Shown here one piece after another: positions 56,606-64,000 of a stretch of DNA of 64,000 nt. A program made the position numbers and the translations under genes. The notes under the pieces were generated by a model. The model was not told where the DNA came from and made no database searches. It was given only the letters and a program-made list of their open reading frames with translations. Position 1 is the stretch's first letter, and each line of letters opens with the position of its first letter. Source of the DNA: a virus (lineage: Duplodnaviria > Caudoviricetes); IMG/VR virus record IMGVR_UViG_3300034061_006011. One strand, given 5' to 3'.

Positions 56606-57189
56606 GTTTCTTGCTCCGGTTGATATTCTTGTTCTTCTAATCTAAAAGTCCATGCTACTGCTTGCTGGCATGTTTTAGCAGTTGGTGGAACACAAAGATA
56701 ATAATCTTTGTATGTACCATCTGGTTCTTGGGTAGAATTGACTACTTTGACATAAGATACTGGTTCATCAAATATACCTTTTATTTGAAAAAGGATTTGA
56801 TTTTTTTGTTTATCTTTGTGGATGATAGTTGTGTTGTTACTTTCTAACACTCTATCCATTCCAACAATTTTAATGCCGACATATCTAACTTCTGTATTAG
56901 GATGAGCTAATACTTCTGTTATTGTCAAGCTATCTGGTTTGGTGTAGAAATGTGGTGGAATTCTTACACCTTCGTAATAATAGCTGATGCTTCCCCATTT
57001 ATCGGCATCTAGCCCATGTTTTTTACCATTCCTGTACCAAGTGATACGGGTTGGTGTAATATAAGCGGGACCATCGTCTTTGTGAAGGTTGCCTTCTTCG
57101 TTGGTAAATCTTGTGATAGGTCCAAATGGATATTCTGTTAAGAAGAAATCCAATCGTGCTTTCCACGCATCAAATCCGTTATTCTTCAT
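56602..57189 (-). CDS. DUF6745-like phage protein
   Basis: LHKDDGPA repeat; VKVVNSTQEPDGTYKDYYLCVPP...AVAWTF. Confidence 0.75.
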   Translation of the reverse strand: MKNNGFDAWKARLDFFLTEYPFGPITRFTNEEGNLHKDDGPAYITPTRITWYRNGKKHGLDADKWGSISYYYEGVRIPPHFYTKPDSLTITEVLAHPNTEVRYVGIKIVGMDRVLESNNTTIIHKDKQKNQILFQIKGIFDEPVSYVKVVNSTQEPDGTYKDYYLCVPPTAKTCQQAVAWTFRLEEQEYQPEQET

Positions 57190-57298
57190 TGCTTTCCTCC
57201 TTAGTCATCCAGCTATCTTGATTCATCTTCCACATAGTGTAGATGAAAGCAAATGCTAGAAATACAACAGTTGTTAGCCAAATGTAATACACGATCAT
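57179..57298 (-). CDS. 39-aa membrane peptide, not in ORF track
   Basis: GGAGG RBS, promoter upstream, one TM helix. Confidence 0.55.
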   Translation of the reverse strand: MIVYYIWLTTVVFLAFAFIYTMWKMNQDSWMTKEESNEE

Positions 57299-57370
57299 GG
57301 TTGTTCCTCCATGTGTGTATTGTATATGGTTTTTCTTGATGTGTCAAGTGGTTAATTTTGTTTAGTGTTG

Positions 57371-57378
57371 TATAAATA
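57371..57378 (+). promoter_or_regulatory. exact T4-type late promoter TATAAATA
   Basis: 6 nt before ATG of tagged gene; variants (C/A)ATAAATA or CTAAATA precede 15431, 16614, 16788, 17290, 18716, 19911, 21382, 22638, 23767, 24100. Confidence 0.75.
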
Positions 57379-57384
57379 GGTATT

Positions 57385-58815
57385 ATGAAAAACTTTTATG
57401 ATTTTTACAAGTTGTTATCAGAGTCATTTCAACAAAACGATGAGTTTTTGAGTTTTATATTGAATGCTGTTGAAAAAAAGAAGGAAGAATTAGGTAATAA
57501 CAGTTACATGGATGCGATAACTAAGCTTAATAGAGAAATTAGAGAGCCGCTAACAAACTTTACAGTAAATGATTATGGGGATTTGATTAGGTTTTTGTAT
57601 TTCGTTTATGGAGACATGGTAAAAGGTGAAGATGATAGCAGTTTTAGACGACAAGTAACATGCATTGGTTATTTTTTCTCACTTGCTGTTACAGATGATG
57701 TTCTTCAAAAAAGTGATATTGTAAGAGTTATAGTAATAAACAACTGCGCTAATCCTAGTATGCCAGATTTTATAAAAGATTTTAAACAATTTGCCTCAAG
57801 TCATGGATATAATTTTGGTTCTAATTGGATTAATCTTTATCGATCTTTAGCGAGCAGATCTGAAATAATTTTTGATGGTTTTACAAATTTATTAACTGAC
57901 AATAATATGGAACAATATGCAAGGTTTTTAATCGACCAAGCAAGTGCATCAGTAGAGCTTCCTGATAATCACAGAATCTTACATAGGGTGACAAGAGAAA
58001 ACCCAAAAAGAAAACATTGGACTAAAAAAGTAAGTCGTTATATGAACCCAGAATTTGTCAAATTAATTGTACCATTAATTCCAGAAAACTTATTTTCTTT
58101 ACAGCAGGTACAGATGGCTGGAAGTGGAATTGCACTTGGACCACATGGTCCAGCGTATGATAACGATGATTTTAGTGAAGAACAGCATGGAAGCATTAAA
58201 CAACAAATGTTAAAATATGACAATGTAAAATTCGGGGAAAATCCTGTTCGTGATGAAATGGTAATACTAGATTTGGCAGCACACATTCTTGATGAGACAG
58301 ACAACACGGAATTGTTTGATGGAGGAGAAAACTCAATTGGTGTTAGTTCAATCATCAAAAAGCTTTTTTTTGAAATTACTGACGATCAGGAAGAAGAAGC
58401 TATAAGAACGCAAAAATTACCTCTTTCAAGAACAGAAATAGCTGTGCTTAACTTTTTCTTTAAAGGTCTTAGAAATGCAGTAGTTGAAAAAGTTTTTCCA
58501 CTCAGTTTGGCACTTACTCTGTATTTAATTGATGTAAAAGCTGGTTCACGAAAAAAACTTAGTCGAATGGAATTTGAACTTGCTCAAGCAATAAAAGCAA
58601 GAAAAGAAAGACTAGGTATAGATGATTCAGAAGATCATGATTTAGATTTTGAATTCTATCAACACATGGCAGCATTAATGCTTGAAAGTAAAACTTTCCC
58701 TTATTTTACTGTCAGAGGTGTTATTGAACAAATAAGACATCATGAGATGATGACAAAATTTCTTAAAAAATTAGTCAATGAATTAAAAAAAGAATATGGA
58801 TTAAGTGGATTTTAA
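57385..58815 (+). CDS. tagged hypothetical protein (MKNFYDFYKLLSES)
   Basis: 476-aa ORF under late promoter. Confidence 0.7.
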   Translation: MKNFYDFYKLLSESFQQNDEFLSFILNAVEKKKEELGNNSYMDAITKLNREIREPLTNFTVNDYGDLIRFLYFVYGDMVKGEDDSSFRRQVTCIGYFFSLAVTDDVLQKSDIVRVIVINNCANPSMPDFIKDFKQFASSHGYNFGSNWINLYRSLASRSEIIFDGFTNLLTDNNMEQYARFLIDQASASVELPDNHRILHRVTRENPKRKHWTKKVSRYMNPEFVKLIVPLIPENLFSLQQVQMAGSGIALGPHGPAYDNDDFSEEQHGSIKQQMLKYDNVKFGENPVRDEMVILDLAAHILDETDNTELFDGGENSIGVSSIIKKLFFEITDDQEEEAIRTQKLPLSRTEIAVLNFFFKGLRNAVVEKVFPLSLALTLYLIDVKAGSRKKLSRMEFELAQAIKARKERLGIDDSEDHDLDFEFYQHMAALMLESKTFPYFTVRGVIEQIRHHEMMTKFLKKLVNELKKEYGLSGF

Positions 58816-58829
58816 AAAAGGAAAAAATT

Positions 58830-59158
58830 ATGAAAAACTTTTATGAATGGTTAGAAGAGCGTGATGCTGAAATGCTTAATGAGGCTAAGAAGCCTTATAA
58901 GGGATATAATGCAAAGAAGAACCATCCAGAAGGTGGATTAAAACCATCTTATGCTAAGAAACTTGGTATTCATGCTGGGATTGAAACCAAACGTGAAGCT
59001 GAACGTAAGGGTGGCGTTAAGAAGATGTCAAAGAAGACTCAAGCAAGAAGAAAGTCATTCTGTGCAAGGATGAAGGGCATGAAGAAGAAACTTACAAGCA
59101 AAAAAGTTGCAAATGATCCAAAGAGCAAAATCAATGCTGCTTTAAGAGTATGGAAGTG

Positions 59159-59162
<4 letters not shown>
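58830..59162 (+). CDS. tagged basic protein with T4-like/cyanophage C-terminal motif (DUF6321-like)
   Basis: MKNFYEWLEE; RRKSFCARMKGMKKKLTS...DPKSKINAALRVWKC. Confidence 0.75.
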
Positions 59163-61242
<2,080 letters not shown>

Positions 61243-61253
61243 ATATCACCTTA

Positions 61254-61466
61254 TCAGCCTTCTGATACCCATCCAGCTTCGCCTTCCTCTGTATCATATA
61301 CATTCTGGTTAATATAGGAGGTAGCCTCTTCTGCTGTCAAGAACAATTTACAATTGTTAGATGTAGCAAAATCTTCAGCCTGATTGAGATTTGGGAAAAC
61401 ATAATCCAACAATCGAAAGTCATTAAAGTTCTGACCCGATAAGAAGTAATATCTATTCATTTGCAT
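61254..61466 (-). CDS. hypothetical protein
   Basis: coupled to upstream ORF. Confidence 0.55.
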   Translation of the reverse strand: MQMNRYYFLSGQNFNDFRLLDYVFPNLNQAEDFATSNNCKLFLTAEEATSYINQNVYDTEEGEAGWVSEG

Positions 61467-61852
61467 CACCACCAGCTACTATAAAAAACATAAAGTCCAT
61501 CACCTATTGCTCGTTTAGCCTGATAAATAAAATCAATATCATTTTCAATTGATTTACTGTCAGGAGGATTATCACCGAAGAAAAACCCTTTTGTATTAGG
61601 AAGATTACCTTCTCTAACATTCTTCTCCAAATTTTCTAAATCTTCTAACGTAAGCATAACATAATCACAATTGAATTCTCCTATTCCACCTTTTTTATAA
61701 AACAAATCACTCATCCATCCATGAAGATCATGATGTTTGCGCCAGTAAAACAATTGATTCTTATCCAATCCTTCCACAAAAACTGGATTGATGTCTTTCA
61801 ATTCTATAACATCTTCTTTTTTAATTGAATAAACAAACATATCAAGTCCCAT
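61466..61852 (-). CDS. conserved phage protein (MGLD family)
   Basis: MGLDM, YWRKHHDLHGW, GFFFG, YSSWW. Confidence 0.8.
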   Translation of the reverse strand: MGLDMFVYSIKKEDVIELKDINPVFVEGLDKNQLFYWRKHHDLHGWMSDLFYKKGGIGEFNCDYVMLTLEDLENLEKNVREGNLPNTKGFFFGDNPPDSKSIENDIDFIYQAKRAIGDGLYVFYSSWW

Positions 61853-61861
61853 GAGATACTC

Positions 61862-62420
61862 CTATATTAAGCCATCACCATCCCAATACATAGACCAACG
61901 CCACGGAAGAGACCTAGTTATTTTTTTTCCAAAAATCGACCATGTAGAACGAACATGACGAAAAGAATCAATATCTCTCCAGTTTGACATCATTCTCGAT
62001 CCAGACCATTCTCTGGATCTAATAAATATATTTGATCTCATGATCATGTCATCACCTCTGCCACCATTATATCATAAAACTGATGAAAATCAATGTGATC
62101 ATTCATTAAATGACCAAGACGCAGAACAAATATGCTCATTGTGAACAGAGAAAATTGTAAATCCAGAATAAGAATAATGATTGTTCCATGATCTAGAAAT
62201 TGATATATCTCTAGACCAACACCAATTATTATGATTGCAAGAATTCGATCTAAGAATCATTGTAAGACCAACACCACCCAGAACAGATTTGACCACGATG
62301 GTGTTCAGAAAAAATGGTAAAACCAGAGAAAGAATAATCATCATTCCATGATCTAGAAATTGATATATTTTTAAACCAAAAATGATACATGTAATTGTTA
62401 GAATTTATTCTAGTAATCAT
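61862..62420 (-). CDS. three more W/S-rich ORFs: 61862-62047, 62099-62260, 62250-62420
   Basis: MI(M/L/T)R starts; last two share ISISRSWN..YS.SGFTIFS.H. Confidence 0.6.
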
Positions 62421-62883
62421 GGTTAGATTCCATTTCTTCATTTTCATTCTGAGAATATGCCTGTTGGTAATTGCTCGTTTTTGAGTTCAAGAGTTTTAGC
62501 AAGACTTCGTGATTACCTGTTTGGACAACATCACTATCCTTTGTCATTGCTAAACATTTTGCTTTATCGCCAGATAGCCATGCCGCAGTTCCCAAGTAAT
62601 ATTTTGCTTCGCCCGGACTTTCTTGCCGAGCCTGCTGTGCAGCCTTTTTCATCATACTTACTGCTAATTTTATGTCGCCAGAAAAAGCATGTCTTTGCGC
62701 TTCATGCCAAGTATCAACCCAATCATTGCTCATCGGGTTGCTGTCACCTTGATACTGTTCATCGCTCTCATTCAACCATTCTGCAAAAGAAAATTTATTT
62801 TCTTTAACACAATTTGGAACTGTTCTATTACCTTTCTTTTTCATGCCTACTTGCTTATAGCCTTTCCAACAAGATTCATTCAT
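62410..62883 (-). CDS. T4-like protein with CWKGYKQVGMKKKG..VPNCVKE motif, internal tag-like FSFAEWLNES and TPR-like end
   Basis: motifs read from translation. Confidence 0.7.
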   Translation of the reverse strand: MNESCWKGYKQVGMKKKGNRTVPNCVKENKFSFAEWLNESDEQYQGDSNPMSNDWVDTWHEAQRHAFSGDIKLAVSMMKKAAQQARQESPGEAKYYLGTAAWLSGDKAKCLAMTKDSDVVQTGNHEVLLKLLNSKTSNYQQAYSQNENEEMESNHDY

Positions 62884-62911
62884 AATTTTACCTCACTAAA
62901 TTATATATTCA

Positions 62912-63244
62912 TTATTCAAACTTTGTAACATATCCGCATTCAAGCTTTTCGTATAAATTCCGACACCATTTAATTATTTCTTCAGGTTCCAAATCTTTAC
63001 TCATAGTGACTGTGAAGTGTTGATCGTCTTTGTCTCGAAAGTATGCCACAAAATCATATCCATCAGGAATGATTCTTTCTGGTGTGCTATACCTACTAGT
63101 TTGCCAAAACCTAAGAATAACGGAAAATCTTCTGCCAACACTATCTTTTTGTGAATAACCCCAACATTTATTGTGTTTATCGTTCAGATGATCATATATT
63201 TTCTGAGGTTTGAATCCAGCAGAAATTATATCTTGTTCTGTCAT
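62912..63244 (-). CDS. hypothetical protein
   Basis: 110-aa ORF. Confidence 0.6.
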   Translation of the reverse strand: MTEQDIISAGFKPQKIYDHLNDKHNKCWGYSQKDSVGRRFSVILRFWQTSRYSTPERIIPDGYDFVAYFRDKDDQHFTVTMSKDLEPEEIIKWCRNLYEKLECGYVTKFE

Positions 63245-63318
63245 TTAACATTCCTAAAAAATACCGCTCACATTTTATTGTGAGCGGTGTGTGATTGTTT
63301 ACCAGCATATTTAAGACA

Positions 63319-63633
63319 TCAATTATCTAAATTGTGGTAAACCCAGTTTGGTTGGTAGATCAGTTCTACAGCGTTCAAAGAAATGATAACACTCGACCCG
63401 ATAGGATCTTCCGAGTTAGGCTTTTCGGAACTAGAAGCCCCAGAAGACTCTACAGCACGGGCTTGGGCAAGAACGCAGCAATCGTCAGTGACCTTGCTTA
63501 AGATGCCTCTGTAGTTAAATCTGGCGCACAGAATGGCAACTGGTTGTCCAATATACTCATTCATAATAGTAGCCATGTTACTACCAGTTGATTTCTCTGG
63601 TGATACCCGTGAAAAAGTCCTTTTAACAGCCAT
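63319..63633 (-). CDS. Sm/SH3-like phage protein
   Basis: IGQPVAILCARFNYRGILSKV; AAGGAGTATCAAG RBS. Confidence 0.6.
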   Translation of the reverse strand: MAVKRTFSRVSPEKSTGSNMATIMNEYIGQPVAILCARFNYRGILSKVTDDCCVLAQARAVESSGASSSEKPNSEDPIGSSVIISLNAVELIYQPNWVYHNLDN

Positions 63634-63664
63634 CTTGATACTCCTTTGTGTTAATAAAACCTAA

Positions 63665-63985
63665 TTAGTCAGCAACCTTACGTTCTTTTTCAACTGCAAG
63701 TGGATCATACTCACGTTGACGGGAAACGCAAATCCATTCATTTTTTGGTAATGTGATCACATCATGTTCGTCATGACCGATCTTAATATCTTCATGTTCG
63801 GATAGAACATAAATATCTCCATTTTCATCTACGAAAGATTGCATTTCGGAGATGGAAGGACTCATGATCTTATGAGAGTGTCCTGTGACTTCTCCATAAG
63901 CAAGGATGTTGTCTGTCTTCTTCTTCAAGTTGTTAGGAATATTCTTAACAGTCTTGAAGAATATATCTCCTTGTCGTGCTTGCAT
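63665..63985 (-). CDS. conserved phage protein often seen with DUF6745
   Basis: RQGDIFF, LAYGEVTGHSH, HDEH, QREYDP. Confidence 0.75.
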   Translation of the reverse strand: MQARQGDIFFKTVKNIPNNLKKKTDNILAYGEVTGHSHKIMSPSISEMQSFVDENGDIYVLSEHEDIKIGHDEHDVITLPKNEWICVSRQREYDPLAVEKERKVAD

Positions 63986-64000
63986 TATAAACTCCTTTAA

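Larger units (their letters stand above)
29260..57348 (-). promoter_or_regulatory. roughly 35 sigma70-consensus early promoters TTGAC(A/C)-N17-TA(C/T/G)AAT on the - strand
   Basis: read on + as ATT(G/A)TA...TGTCAA, e.g. 35667, 36294, 37046, 37833, 38697, 39095, 40609, 41970, 44610, 45330, 46042, 46496, 48690, 50400, 51303, 52770, 53323, 55586, 57318. Confidence 0.88.

Overview
AT-rich 64-kb segment of a large tailed dsDNA phage with T4-like traits (gp17-type large terminase, TATAAATA-like late promoters, T4 internal-protein-like N-terminal tags). I found no rRNA, tRNA or CRISPR array. There are five zones. (1) 1-14.5 kb: terminase plus accessory enzymes (BCS1-like AAA ATPase, M4/M36-like peptidase, ferritin-like protein, Nudix, methyl-/glycosyl-/sulfotransferase, glycosidase-like propeller). 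(2) 14.5-27.7 kb: a block of unrelated proteins nearly all starting with an M-x-x-F-x-[EQD]-[FWY]-[LIV]-x-E-like tag resembling the T4 capsid-targeting sequence. It includes 5-6 ADP-ribosyltransferase-like proteins and an ECF-like sigma factor, linked by repeated late-promoter+tag cassettes with scars of cargo gain and loss. This is the best candidate for an undescribed system: a modular, virion-packaged effector arsenal. (3) 27.8-34.8 kb: a gene-poor, more GC-rich island with about 19 iteron-like repeats, GTTA-N5-TAAC blocks, 13-mer and 31-mer AT-rich repeats, structured leaders and a ParB gene, at an apparent strand-skew switch (candidate origin/centromere). (4) 34.9-57 kb: a leftward array of short early genes, most in their own sigma70 promoter-5' hairpin-RBS-ORF-terminator cassette, with duplications and chimeras. 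(5) 57-64 kb: more tagged proteins and an array of tiny Trp/Ser-rich ORFs. All family assignments come from motif recognition by eye, not database searches. Many start codons were re-chosen using RBS/promoter context.
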